Shown: positions 17,759-26,618 of the stretch, piece after piece
How positions within the stretch are numbered: the stretch's first letter is position 1
Layout of the letters: every line of letters starts with the position of its first letter
Source of the DNA: Myxococcales bacterium
GTDB taxonomy: Bacteria; Desulfobacterota; Binatia; HRBIN30
NCBI GenBank assembly: GCA_037445065.1
Contig: JBBILD010000007.1
Coordinates: 128,001-192,000, forward strand
Reading direction: 5' to 3'
DNA: 64,000 bases
The notes under the pieces: generated by a model
Databases searched by the model: none
The model's input: only the letters and a program-made list of their open reading frames with translations
Told to the model about the DNA's origin: nothing
Translations under genes and position numbers: made by a program

Positions 17759-19264
17759 CTACGGGGCTGCTCCCGAGTGGCACTCCCAGCAGGGCCCCCG
17801 CCAATCATCGCCAACGTTGGCCGGGTGCTCGAACTCGAGTCCTTCCTCGCTGCTGGCGAAGCGTTTTTCGCCGGGCGGGCCTTGCGCCAGCACGACGTGG
17901 CATAAGTTGCAATCGCTGCGAATCATGCGGCCGTCCTCAGCTCGGTGGTTTCCAGCATGGCAGCGCATGCAGCCTGGCCAGAAGAGGTGGCTCGAGTGAT
18001 CCGGATACGCATCCCAGCGTATCTGCATTTCGGGGAAAAAGTTGCGCTCGAAAATCCGTTGTAACTCGCTCGCTGCCTGTTCGATGGCTTGCGCCTGGGC
18101 GCGAGCGATCTGCGGGTGATTCTCCTGGTAAAATCCACGCAGGCCATTGGCGATGGCGGGGATTGCTGCTTCGCGCGACGGGTAATCGCCGGTGAGGAGA
18201 TCAATTCCGATCTGTTTGAGCGAGGGCAGGCTTGCGTCCAGGTGCCCGGCCGCGAGCGCGGCGTTGACGGCGTCGCGGGGCGACAGAAAACGGTGTGCCG
18301 GGCGGTTGTGGCAGTCTACACAGTCCAGGCGCCGCCATTGGCTTCCGGCAGGCGGTGTTTCGCCGGCTCCCGCGGCGCGGTAGGTGACCGTCTTGCCAGT
18401 GCGTGCGTCCGTGGCTCGCACCCAGGGGATCGTCGTCCGCTCTGCATCGGCGGCAACGTACTCGACGACGTTTTCCAGCCGCATGTGCCAGTGAATGCCG
18501 CCCGCCTCTGGGCTACCTGGCTCCCCACCGCCGACATGAAGAGCCAGATCGAGATCCCAGCGGCTGTTGCGTTCGTCGGCAAGGAAATACACGTAGCGGC
18601 GCAAGCTAAAACCCAAGTGCTTGGCCGGCCAATGGCAAAGCTCGCAAGTATCTTGGGCGGGCCGTAAGTTGTGGACCGGCACCGGAATCGGGCGCGAATA
18701 CGTATCGGTGAGGAAGGCGTAGAGCTGGCGGGTGCCGTTGAGTTTGGCGCGCAGGTACCAATCGAAGCCCTCCCCCACGTGGCAGTCCACGCAAGCCACG
18801 CGCGCGTGTGGCGAGTGCTGGTAGGCAGCATACTCGGGTCCCATGACTTTGTGGCAGACCGCGCCGCAGAAGGTGTTCGATTCGGTGGCCTCGTAAGCTT
18901 GGAAACTTCCGAAGGCAGAAACAAAGAGAAAACCGAGTAGACCTGCGAGAGCGAGTGCGGTCCGGCGGCGGGTGGCAGCCTGATTCAAGTCGAGCACCGG
19001 CCACGCAAACTCCCAGCCTCGTCCCGTCTTTCGCCAGCGCCGCCAACTCCACCACCAACCGGTCGCGGCCAGTAGCAGGCCACCGATCATCACGAGGGGA
19101 AGGAAAAGGAAGACCACGAGATCTGCGTACGGAGGCGGTGCTTGTGGGGAGACGGTTTCGAGCAGCAACAAAAAGGCAATCGTACCGAGCGCCACGGCCG
19201 CTAACCCGAGGCCAGCGACGGTCAGGGGATTTTTCCAGAGTGTCTTCCGTGGGCTTGGGTTCAT
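17759..19264 (-). CDS. ImcH-like NapC/NirT-family inner-membrane multiheme cytochrome c (3 TM, 7 heme motifs)
   Basis: Three N-terminal TM helices. ESNTFCGAVCH (CX3CH) plus six CXXCH (CVDCH, CELCH, CVDCH, CMRCH, CNLCH, CWECH). SPHARVACVDCHVG and NLRPAQDTCELCHWP resemble Geobacter ImcH. Start MNPSPRK overlaps the upstream stop. Confidence 0.85.
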   Translation of the reverse strand: MNPSPRKTLWKNPLTVAGLGLAAVALGTIAFLLLLETVSPQAPPPYADLVVFLFLPLVMIGGLLLAATGWWWSWRRWRKTGRGWEFAWPVLDLNQAATRRRTALALAGLLGFLFVSAFGSFQAYEATESNTFCGAVCHKVMGPEYAAYQHSPHARVACVDCHVGEGFDWYLRAKLNGTRQLYAFLTDTYSRPIPVPVHNLRPAQDTCELCHWPAKHLGFSLRRYVYFLADERNSRWDLDLALHVGGGEPGSPEAGGIHWHMRLENVVEYVAADAERTTIPWVRATDARTGKTVTYRAAGAGETPPAGSQWRRLDCVDCHNRPAHRFLSPRDAVNAALAAGHLDASLPSLKQIGIDLLTGDYPSREAAIPAIANGLRGFYQENHPQIARAQAQAIEQAASELQRIFERNFFPEMQIRWDAYPDHSSHLFWPGCMRCHAGNHRAEDGRMIRSDCNLCHVVLAQGPPGEKRFASSEEGLEFEHPANVGDDWRGPCWECHSGAAP

Positions 19265-21021
19265 GGGCGCACCGAAAAACCGAGCCGATGAGGGTGGCAG
19301 GTAAAGCACGGGAAGGCAAAGTGCGGCTCACCGCGGCCGTCGTTGCGGAAAAAGCGGGTGGCGCTGTGGCATACCTCGCACAACCCGGAACCTGGGCCGC
19401 TCACACTTGCAAAACTACCGTCCGCAAGGCCGCGTACGTTCTCGAAACGAAGCGGCACGAGTTCGCCGTTTGGCGCGCGCACGAAGCGAGCGAGGAGGAA
19501 CGCGTTGTCGCTCCCGTGGGGGTCATGGCACACCGCGCATTCGGAGGGCGAGCCGGCCCGTGGGTCCTGATGGGTGCGCCGCTCGCTCCCGTGACAGGTC
19601 GCGCAGCCCGTAATCGAGGCGTGGCCGGGACCGTAAGGCGTACCCTCTGCAGCCGCGTGGCAAAGGTCGCATTCGATCTCCAAATTGCCGTGGCCAAATT
19701 CTACCGCGTGCTCCGTGGTGGCGCGGTGACAAAAGGCGCAGGCGCCGAACGGACGCAGCAGAGCATCACCGTGGTTTACGCCGACGAAACTCGGCACGCC
19801 TCCTGCGTCGGGCAGGGAGCGATGCTGCGGGCCAAAGGGTCCAAGTTCCTGTTCGTGGCACAAGAGACAGCCCAGTTCGGCCGCACCGCTGTTGCGCATG
19901 GCCTCGGCCTTGTCGCTGTGGCAAAAAGCACAGGAACCAAAGACCCCTTGCTTGCCCAGTTCGTGCGCGGGGCCGAGAAAAGCGGGCACCAAGCTCGCGG
20001 GCGGGAAGGTGCGGTGGCCCCGGCCGTAGTAGCCCGGGCTAGTGGCCGCATGGCAGACCTCGCAAGTGAGCGAAGCGTGTACTGGGGAGACTGCGGACGC
20101 AATCGAACGATGGCAGAGAGCGCATTCACCAAAGGCAGCTCCTTCACGTGGTGCGTGAGGGTCCGGCTGCCGATCGGGCACCAAATCGGCTGCCGGCAAG
20201 AGGCGGTGCGCGGGGCCAAAGTCCGATGTGGACCCGAGCGGATGGCAGGTGGCACAGGACAACGCGCCTGCCGGACCGAGGAGGGCCTCGAGCGAGCGCG
20301 CCGCTCGGTTGTGGCACAATGCGCAGTCGCCCCAGCTCGCCTCTGCCTGCGGCCGGTGTGGTTCGAGAGCGGGGTCAGGAACTCGCTGCGCCCCCGGCCG
20401 GCTGGCGTGCCCGCGCCCGTACGGCATTCCGGGCACTTCGCGGTGGCAGGTGGTGCAGGCCGTCGCCGCAGTGCCGCCGAACGGCTGTGCCAGGGAAGTG
20501 GCTTGCTCCGCGTGGCACAGGGCGCATTTGCCCCAAAAGGACAGGTCCTGTAAATCGTGCGGGTCGGGTGGCGGATTGGGAACCAGGCTCGGGGCCGGCA
20601 GGCTTTGGTGGTGCGGACCGTACTCAGGAGAGAGGCGCTCGCGATGGCAGTCCGTGCATCGCAGCCCCAGGTCGCCCGTGTTCAAGCTGTTTGCCTTCTC
20701 CGCATGGCAGTACGCACAGCTCCCCATCGCCCTGAGGGCGCCTAGCTCATGACCGCTTGCGGGGAAGGCGGGGACCAAGCTGGCAGCGGGCAGGGCTCGA
20801 TGGCCGCGTCCCACAAACCCGGGCAGCCGTTGCGCATGGCAGGTGGTGCATCGGAGGTCGGCAGCGAAGGGCAACACCTGCTGGGCTTGCGTTTGGTGGC
20901 AAAAAGCGCACTCGCCGAATGCGCTCGCTTCTGCCGGCGGGCTCCCCTGGTACACGGTGCTCCCTGAGTCGCCGCATGCCGCCAGCGTACTGGCGAGCAG
21001 GAGCAAGACCGCGCGCCTCAC
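19261..21021 (-). CDS. 18-heme lipoprotein cytochrome c built from tandem diheme repeats
   Basis: GTG start with AAGGAG RBS. Lipobox TLAA-C. 18 CXXCH counted. Seven ~65-aa repeats followed by a C-terminal CxxCHDPH module. Confidence 0.88.
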   Translation of the reverse strand: MRRAVLLLLASTLAACGDSGSTVYQGSPPAEASAFGECAFCHQTQAQQVLPFAADLRCTTCHAQRLPGFVGRGHRALPAASLVPAFPASGHELGALRAMGSCAYCHAEKANSLNTGDLGLRCTDCHRERLSPEYGPHHQSLPAPSLVPNPPPDPHDLQDLSFWGKCALCHAEQATSLAQPFGGTAATACTTCHREVPGMPYGRGHASRPGAQRVPDPALEPHRPQAEASWGDCALCHNRAARSLEALLGPAGALSCATCHPLGSTSDFGPAHRLLPAADLVPDRQPDPHAPREGAAFGECALCHRSIASAVSPVHASLTCEVCHAATSPGYYGRGHRTFPPASLVPAFLGPAHELGKQGVFGSCAFCHSDKAEAMRNSGAAELGCLLCHEQELGPFGPQHRSLPDAGGVPSFVGVNHGDALLRPFGACAFCHRATTEHAVEFGHGNLEIECDLCHAAAEGTPYGPGHASITGCATCHGSERRTHQDPRAGSPSECAVCHDPHGSDNAFLLARFVRAPNGELVPLRFENVRGLADGSFASVSGPGSGLCEVCHSATRFFRNDGRGEPHFAFPCFTCHPHRLGFSVRP

Positions 21022-21608
21022 TTTGGCGCCCTCCTTTGTACCTGGCGGTGACAGGCTACGCACAGCTCATCCTCAGCGAGGGGAAGGCGCAGGAAGGCTG
21101 TGTTTTGCGGGGCGAAAGAAAACTCCGCGCTGCTGCCCTCTCGAGTCAAATCCTGGCAGCGCGCAAGGGTGGCGCGGCGGATCGCCAACGCGACAGAGTG
21201 ACTCGGCAGTGGGCGCACTGGCGCGAGGATTTCTTCGGCGATGCGGGGATCGTGAAAGAGGTGGCAAGTGCCGCAGTACATGCGGCCGTCTTCGGCAAGG
21301 GGAAGGTTTTGCTGCGCCTCTTCTGGCTCCACTCTTGGCGGCAACAGAGCGGCGACCCGTTCTGGACTGAGCTCCAGGTGTTCTGCAGACCCGCTGTGCA
21401 GCGTGCGGTCGTGGCAGCTCAAGCAGGTCTCTTCTTTCGAGGTTAGAAGATCCATGTCTTCGTTGTGGCAGAGGGCGCACTTTTCCTCGTCTGGCTCGCC
21501 ATCGGCGCGCAGCATCCAGTGCGGATTGTCCTCGTCCTCCGCACGCATCTCTGCGGCCCACAGTCCCGGAACGAGCAAAAGCAGCAAAACCACGGCACGC
21601 AGATGCAT
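21018..21608 (-). CDS. Periplasmic tetraheme cytochrome c
   Basis: Start MHLRAVVLLLLL (signal peptide). CALCH, CLSCH, CGTCH, CVACH. Confidence 0.85.
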   Translation of the reverse strand: MHLRAVVLLLLLVPGLWAAEMRAEDEDNPHWMLRADGEPDEEKCALCHNEDMDLLTSKEETCLSCHDRTLHSGSAEHLELSPERVAALLPPRVEPEEAQQNLPLAEDGRMYCGTCHLFHDPRIAEEILAPVRPLPSHSVALAIRRATLARCQDLTREGSSAEFSFAPQNTAFLRLPLAEDELCVACHRQVQRRAPK

Positions 21609-21931
21609 CACGGCCCCACTCCGTTGCTGCCGTGGCAAGCGGCACAACTTGCCTCTCCTTGGTTGCGCACCAGCGCCCGGATTTCGGTGAGGTCGAGGTC
21701 GGGAATCCCGGTGCGATTGACGAGATGGAGGTTGCGTTGCGGGTGGCAAAAAAAGCAGTCCTGGCGCCCCCACCCGCTCGGATGTTCCTCTTGCACGAGT
21801 TCCAGCCCTGCAGGAGAGGCGAGCAGGTTCCCGTAATCCTCACCTTTCGGACCGGCGCTCTCCCCGCAGGCGAACAGCCAAAGAGAGAGGCACAGAACGC
21901 CACCAAGGTACCAGAACCGCCGTGCTACCAC
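21608..21931 (-). CDS. Small diheme lipoprotein cytochrome c
   Basis: GTG start (RBS GGAGG) within ORF 21608..22273. Lipobox WLFA-C. CFFCH, CAACH. Stop overlaps the next ATG. Confidence 0.8.
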   Translation of the reverse strand: MVARRFWYLGGVLCLSLWLFACGESAGPKGEDYGNLLASPAGLELVQEEHPSGWGRQDCFFCHPQRNLHLVNRTGIPDLDLTEIRALVRNQGEASCAACHGSNGVGP

Positions 21932-22572
21932 GCTCCCTCCACTCCAGCCTGCTCGTGGCAAGCAATGCAGTAGTCCGCCCGGTGGCAGGAGCCACACTCG
22001 GCCGGGTTCGCGCGCGCTTCCACGGAATGGAAGAAGCGGAAGCTGCGCTCGTGCACCTGCGTGTCGATCGTGTCGCGTCGCGCGTGGCAATTCACGCACT
22101 CTTGCTGGCGGTGGCAATCTTCGCAGCTGGCACTGTCCGTACGGGCAATCATGGCGTGGGCGCGCACCCAGCCAGCGTGGTGGTCTTCGGGCAGCAACGG
22201 CCACAGATTCCGATGGCAAACGAGGCAGCGGCTGGGGGCGTTTGCTACCCGCTCTATCCCGGGCAAGTGGCAAGTGTGGCAGGCTTCGGCGCCTGGGCGC
22301 AGGGCAAGGGTGGATAGCGATCGCGCGAGGTCGCTGTCCTCGCTTTCGATGCGCAGGGAGAACTGGTGGCAGTCAACGCAGGCTACACCTTGCTCCGCAA
22401 AGGTCTTGCGGTGGCCGGCGTGGTCGAAGCTGCGCCTCGCTTCCGCCGTGCTCGGGTTACGCAGCGGGGAGTGGCGAGGCTGGAGCCAGGCGTTCGCCGG
22501 GAGCACCTCGCGGCAGGCAGCGAGCACCGTACAAAGCACCATGGCCGTCCCGATCCTCGCGACGTGTTTCAC
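21925..22572 (-). CDS. Heptaheme lipoprotein cytochrome c
   Basis: GTG start overlapping the porin stop (RBS GGGGAGG). Lipobox VLAA-C. CVDCH, CHTCH, CLVCH, CEDCH, CVNCH, CGSCH, CIACH. Confidence 0.85.
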   Translation of the reverse strand: MKHVARIGTAMVLCTVLAACREVLPANAWLQPRHSPLRNPSTAEARRSFDHAGHRKTFAEQGVACVDCHQFSLRIESEDSDLARSLSTLALRPGAEACHTCHLPGIERVANAPSRCLVCHRNLWPLLPEDHHAGWVRAHAMIARTDSASCEDCHRQQECVNCHARRDTIDTQVHERSFRFFHSVEARANPAECGSCHRADYCIACHEQAGVEGAW

Positions 22573-23999
22573 CCAGCCCAACCTCCCCGCAACCGCTCCA
22601 TTTCCGGAAACACTCCACCCCATCCCTCTTCGGGCAGATACCGCCAGCGGTAGGCCAAATACAAACCGACACGGAATTCGTGATCGAAGCGGGGATTGTG
22701 ATTTGCCTCTAGGTGAAATTCGGCGAGCAGGTTTGGGCGCAGCAGGTAGCCGATGCCGAGACGTCCACTGGTCGCTGTGTCGCTGCGGTTGGTCACCTTG
22801 TCGAAGGTGGCGGCTTCCAACTTGGTGCGAAACACGAACCGCTCGTACACCCGGTTCTCGTGATACACTCGCCAGTGATGCCCCCGCCCGCCGGGGCCAT
22901 CGATCAGGCTGTATTCTGCCCGCACTCGTTCGAGCCCGTCTCCCCCGGGCAGCCAGAGGAGCCCGACGCTCGCCAGGTAACCGGTCTCCGTCGCGCCGGG
23001 GCGTGGTTCGTATTGCTGGAGCCCAGCGTCGGCATACGCGGACCAATGGCGGCCGTGATAGTACTGGAGCCCGCCGCGCACCTGCCGCAAGCTACTTGCT
23101 GAGAAGAGAGAGAAGATCGGGTCTGCGTAGCGCTCGAGCTGCGAGAGTCGCAGCGCCGGTGCAGAACGCTGCTCGGGCTTGTAGTAAGCGGCTTCCATCC
23201 TGGCGAACAGACGCGGATGGAGCAAAAACGAGGCGCCAGCGTTGAGGCGCTCGACATTGCGCTCGGCGGTGTCGTAGGAGGCTAGCCAATACAGGTCGGG
23301 ACGAATGCGCAGGCCCACAAACTGGTGGCGGAAACGAAGCTGGGAGAGCTGGCGGATGCGGTGCGCTTCGCGTTCGAGCTGCACGAAGCTGAACCCCACG
23401 ATTCCGCTCCGTCCAATGCGGTAGTGCGTGCTGGCACCGAAAAACTGCTCGTCGCGCGACAGCGAGCCCAGGCGTGGTTGTGGTTCGAAGTACCGAGGCT
23501 GTCCTCCGAAGACCGAAACTGCCCAGCCCACTCCGCGGTCGAAGGTGAGACGTCCAGCATCTGCCACCCAAAACCCGACACCTGCCGTCTCGATTGCCTG
23601 GCGGCCCAAGGAGAACTGCAGGCCGCGCAGGCCCAACTCGGCCCGACCGAGATAGAAGTCCGCATCCGTGTTGGCGCGGCTCCAGTCTCGCTCGGCCCGG
23701 AAGTACGTTTCGCCGCCTGTGTCATGATGGATTCGATCTGCAGCGAGCGCTCCGTAAAGGTTGGTCGGGCTCTCGGCGCGGGTGCCGATGTCCACATCGC
23801 GGACCTGGCCGAGCAGCTCGGCGCTACCCTCCCACTGGGCTGCGTACGCGCCTGTTCTCCCGCTAACAAGCGACCATAGGGCAAGCGGCAGGGCGGCGAT
23901 GCCAATGACAGAGCGAATCCGGTGGCGGGCGGTAGAGAAGTGCGGGCCGCGCCAGCCTGGTGACAAGCGCAGCCCGCGCCACTTAGAACTGCCGCGCAT
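22569..23999 (-). CDS. Putative outer-membrane beta-barrel (porin of a porin-cytochrome complex); start uncertain
   Basis: Signal peptide ending GAYA-AQWEG. Alternating amphipathic strands rich in aromatic residues and Gly (FSLGRQ, VGFSFVQ, VRGGLQYY, LGIGYLL, VGLYLAYRW). No CXXCH. Lies between cytochrome genes. Confidence 0.72.
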   Translation of the reverse strand: MRGSSKWRGLRLSPGWRGPHFSTARHRIRSVIGIAALPLALWSLVSGRTGAYAAQWEGSAELLGQVRDVDIGTRAESPTNLYGALAADRIHHDTGGETYFRAERDWSRANTDADFYLGRAELGLRGLQFSLGRQAIETAGVGFWVADAGRLTFDRGVGWAVSVFGGQPRYFEPQPRLGSLSRDEQFFGASTHYRIGRSGIVGFSFVQLEREAHRIRQLSQLRFRHQFVGLRIRPDLYWLASYDTAERNVERLNAGASFLLHPRLFARMEAAYYKPEQRSAPALRLSQLERYADPIFSLFSASSLRQVRGGLQYYHGRHWSAYADAGLQQYEPRPGATETGYLASVGLLWLPGGDGLERVRAEYSLIDGPGGRGHHWRVYHENRVYERFVFRTKLEAATFDKVTNRSDTATSGRLGIGYLLRPNLLAEFHLEANHNPRFDHEFRVGLYLAYRWRYLPEEGWGGVFPEMERLRGGWAG

Positions 24000-26427
24000 G
24001 AACAGCCGATACCGGGAATGAGCGGCCCTCGGCGTGGCAAACCAGGCAAGCCTCCACACCGGTTGTGGTGGTCTGTGTATCGGCATGCGCTTGCGACGCG
24101 GTGGCGTCGTGGCACGAGGTGCAGGCTGCGGTGATGGGACCAATGCGCCCGCCTTCCACCTCGTTGCCCGTGGTGGGATCGAGATGGGCGCGCCGCGTCC
24201 CGAGCGCGGTGCCGGGGAAAGGCGGCAGGGTGTAGGTGCCGGGCAAGTGGCAAGTGCGGCAGTTGCGCCGATCGCCCGGGAACAAGACTTCCGAGAAATC
24301 GAAGCGAGTGAAGTTCTGTGGCGGCGGGCCGAAGCCATACACGACGTACGGCTTTTGGTGGAGTTCTTCGCCGGTGTGGATTTTGTGGATGAGCACCTTG
24401 AAGTCGATGGTGGCGGTTTCTTCGCTAGCGGCCACGGCCGCGGGGTCGCGGCGGCGCCGTGCGGCGTCCGACTGGTTCGGGTTGTGGCAAACGACACAGG
24501 CCTCCAGCGTATTGCGCAGGTTGCCGTGCACGCTGAAGTCCACGGAGAATTGTCCGTGGCATGAGGCACATTGCTCGTCGCCCACGACCTCTCGCCGTGC
24601 TACCGGGGCTGAGCCATCCACAGTAAACGTCACGAGCGTATTCGGGGCTGCTTCCTGGACCACCTTGGGTTGAATCGGATCCACCGCGCTCAAGGTGACT
24701 TGCCGCCGGGCTTCGCTCACCACCGCCCATGTGCCGGTGGCCGAGGCGGGAATCGAGAACGGCACGGAGTAGCGGAACGTCCCGGACGCATCCGGACCTT
24801 CCACGGTCCCACTCGCGCCGCCGCCTGCGGCAGTGGCCACGAGCATCTCGGTGTAGTCGGTGGTGGGGCCACTGAACGTGAAGGCCAGCCGATTGAGAGA
24901 GGCGAGGCTTTGTAAGGGCGTCCCGGCCTGGTCGGTGACGCGGAAGGAAACAATGGGCGACTCGCCAGCGTTGTGGTTTTCGAGGCCGGTGATTTCGACA
25001 CGGAGGCCGTTCAACTGACGAGAACGCCCCGGCACTACGTGGGCCCCGGCAACCGACACGTCGAACTCTCTACCCGAGTCCGGTTCGTGGCAAAAGCCGC
25101 AATCGCCGTCTTCGAAGCCGCGCGCCTGGAAATGGTTGTGACCCGGTGGGCCCGCATCGCTGGCGCTGGAAGAGGGATTGACGTCATCGTGGCAGGCAAC
25201 ACAGGCTGCCGTGCTGGGGCGAGTGCGGTGGTAGTCCGCGGTGGGACCTTCGGCATGACAGACGGCGCAGTTCTCGATGGCTCGCGGAAAGCCCACGCCG
25301 GTGATCCGGCCGTCTTGTTCCTTGCGCGCAAACACGATGTCTTGACGCAGGAAACTGCTGTAAATCGCGTAGCTCGAACCAGGAGCACCGTTAACGATCG
25401 AAGGCAGTTCCTTTCCCCGGTGGATTTTGTGCACCATCACTCCGAGGTCCACGCTGCGGCCGCGCTCGTCAGTTGCCTCTTGGGTGTGGCAAACGGTACA
25501 GAGACGGAGTTCGCGGCGGTTACCGTGAGCCACCAGGGGATCATGGCACGCGTTGCATTGCGACGTGGTAGACCCGGCTCGGATCACCGGTGGAGAGCCG
25601 TCAGGAACGAAGTCGAACACCGGGTTTGCGGCCCGTTGTACGCCGTCGAGGAGGCGGTCCACCTGCATGCCGACGCTGTAAGTGGCGCCGCTGTTCACAG
25701 GAGCGAAGGTCTTGCGGAAGGTGTACTGGTAAAGCCCGCGAGCAGCGTCAATGGTGGCAAGCGAGCCGCCGGAGTCGTAAGCCGGGCGCGTGCGGTTGAT
25801 CTCGTTCACGTAGCGGGTGAAACGCTGGTGAAACTCGCCGCCACCATCGTATTCTTCGACCCGCGCGAGCGTGAAGCGTACCCGCGCGAGAGACGGATCC
25901 TGGGTCGCAGACAGCACCGGGGTGAGCGGAGCTCCCTGGTCGTCTGTGAGGGTGAACAGCACGCGAAGACTGCCGGCTTCGTCGAAATTCGCAGCGACCA
26001 CGGCGGCCTTGACCCCGGATCCAACCGGCGTCGGCATTGGTGGCAAGGTTGGCGAGGGAAGCGTTGGCGTCGCAGTGGCGGTGGGTGGCGGTGCGGTCGG
26101 GGTTTCCGTCGCAGTCAGAGTCGGCTCTGTTTCCGGGGTGGTCGGCAACGGGGTTGCCGGGCAGCCCGTGAGGGCCTGATTCACGAGCACAATGAGTTCG
26201 TCAACCGTGATGTTTCCGTCGCCGTTGAGATCGGTGCTGGGGCAGCACGTGCTGGGGGGCAGCTCCTGAAGCGACACGTTCACGGCGCACAGGACTTCGT
26301 CTACCGTCACCGAGCCGTCCTCGTTGCAGTCCCCGGGGCATTGTGCCCGCGCGCTGGCACCCGCGATCAGCGCGGCAAACGCCAGCAGTCCAGTGAGCAT
26401 AGAGCAGCGAAGCAAATAGTTTCTCAT
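23983..26427 (-). CDS. OmcA/MtrC-family decaheme cytochrome c with N-terminal dockerin-like domain and Pro/Thr linker
   Basis: Ten CXXCH in two groups of five, each group preceded by a beta-rich domain. MVHKIHRG and LIHKIHTG motifs. Signal peptide ASARA-Q. CPGDCNEDGSVTVDE...DLNGDGNITVDELIVLVNQALTGC. Confidence 0.9.
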   Translation of the reverse strand: MRNYLLRCSMLTGLLAFAALIAGASARAQCPGDCNEDGSVTVDEVLCAVNVSLQELPPSTCCPSTDLNGDGNITVDELIVLVNQALTGCPATPLPTTPETEPTLTATETPTAPPPTATATPTLPSPTLPPMPTPVGSGVKAAVVAANFDEAGSLRVLFTLTDDQGAPLTPVLSATQDPSLARVRFTLARVEEYDGGGEFHQRFTRYVNEINRTRPAYDSGGSLATIDAARGLYQYTFRKTFAPVNSGATYSVGMQVDRLLDGVQRAANPVFDFVPDGSPPVIRAGSTTSQCNACHDPLVAHGNRRELRLCTVCHTQEATDERGRSVDLGVMVHKIHRGKELPSIVNGAPGSSYAIYSSFLRQDIVFARKEQDGRITGVGFPRAIENCAVCHAEGPTADYHRTRPSTAACVACHDDVNPSSSASDAGPPGHNHFQARGFEDGDCGFCHEPDSGREFDVSVAGAHVVPGRSRQLNGLRVEITGLENHNAGESPIVSFRVTDQAGTPLQSLASLNRLAFTFSGPTTDYTEMLVATAAGGGASGTVEGPDASGTFRYSVPFSIPASATGTWAVVSEARRQVTLSAVDPIQPKVVQEAAPNTLVTFTVDGSAPVARREVVGDEQCASCHGQFSVDFSVHGNLRNTLEACVVCHNPNQSDAARRRRDPAAVAASEETATIDFKVLIHKIHTGEELHQKPYVVYGFGPPPQNFTRFDFSEVLFPGDRRNCRTCHLPGTYTLPPFPGTALGTRRAHLDPTTGNEVEGGRIGPITAACTSCHDATASQAHADTQTTTTGVEACLVCHAEGRSFPVSAVHARQF

Positions 26428-26618
26428 CTCCGACCCCCTTCGTTTGGCATCGCTTCATCGCAGGGCGCGCCTTTTGTTCCCTTGCCCACGACCCGAGTAT
26501 CCTCCGGTGTGTGACTCATGCCTTGAGCTTCCACAACCAGGAAAACTTGTGAAGCGGTGTACTGTATTTCTTCTCTTTCGATGTTCAGAACACCTTGGAA
26601 TTCTGGTAAGCAGCGCGT

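Noticed and set aside
17541..17804. 87-aa minus-strand ORF downstream of the ImcH-like gene
   Set aside because: Overlaps the upstream gene end, has no recognisable motif or RBS, and has low-complexity composition.
18955..26514. Long plus-strand ORFs (18955..20553, 22061..23245, 24973..26514) opposite the cytochrome operon
   Set aside because: Antisense shadows typical of high-GC coding DNA. No motifs, and the minus-strand frames carry clear CXXCH content and coupled junctions.
26508..26566. FNR/CRP/Rex-like half sites (TGTGA, TTGAG, TTGTGAA) in the divergent promoter of the cytochrome operon
   Set aside because: Only half-sites. None forms a convincing palindrome at the correct spacing.
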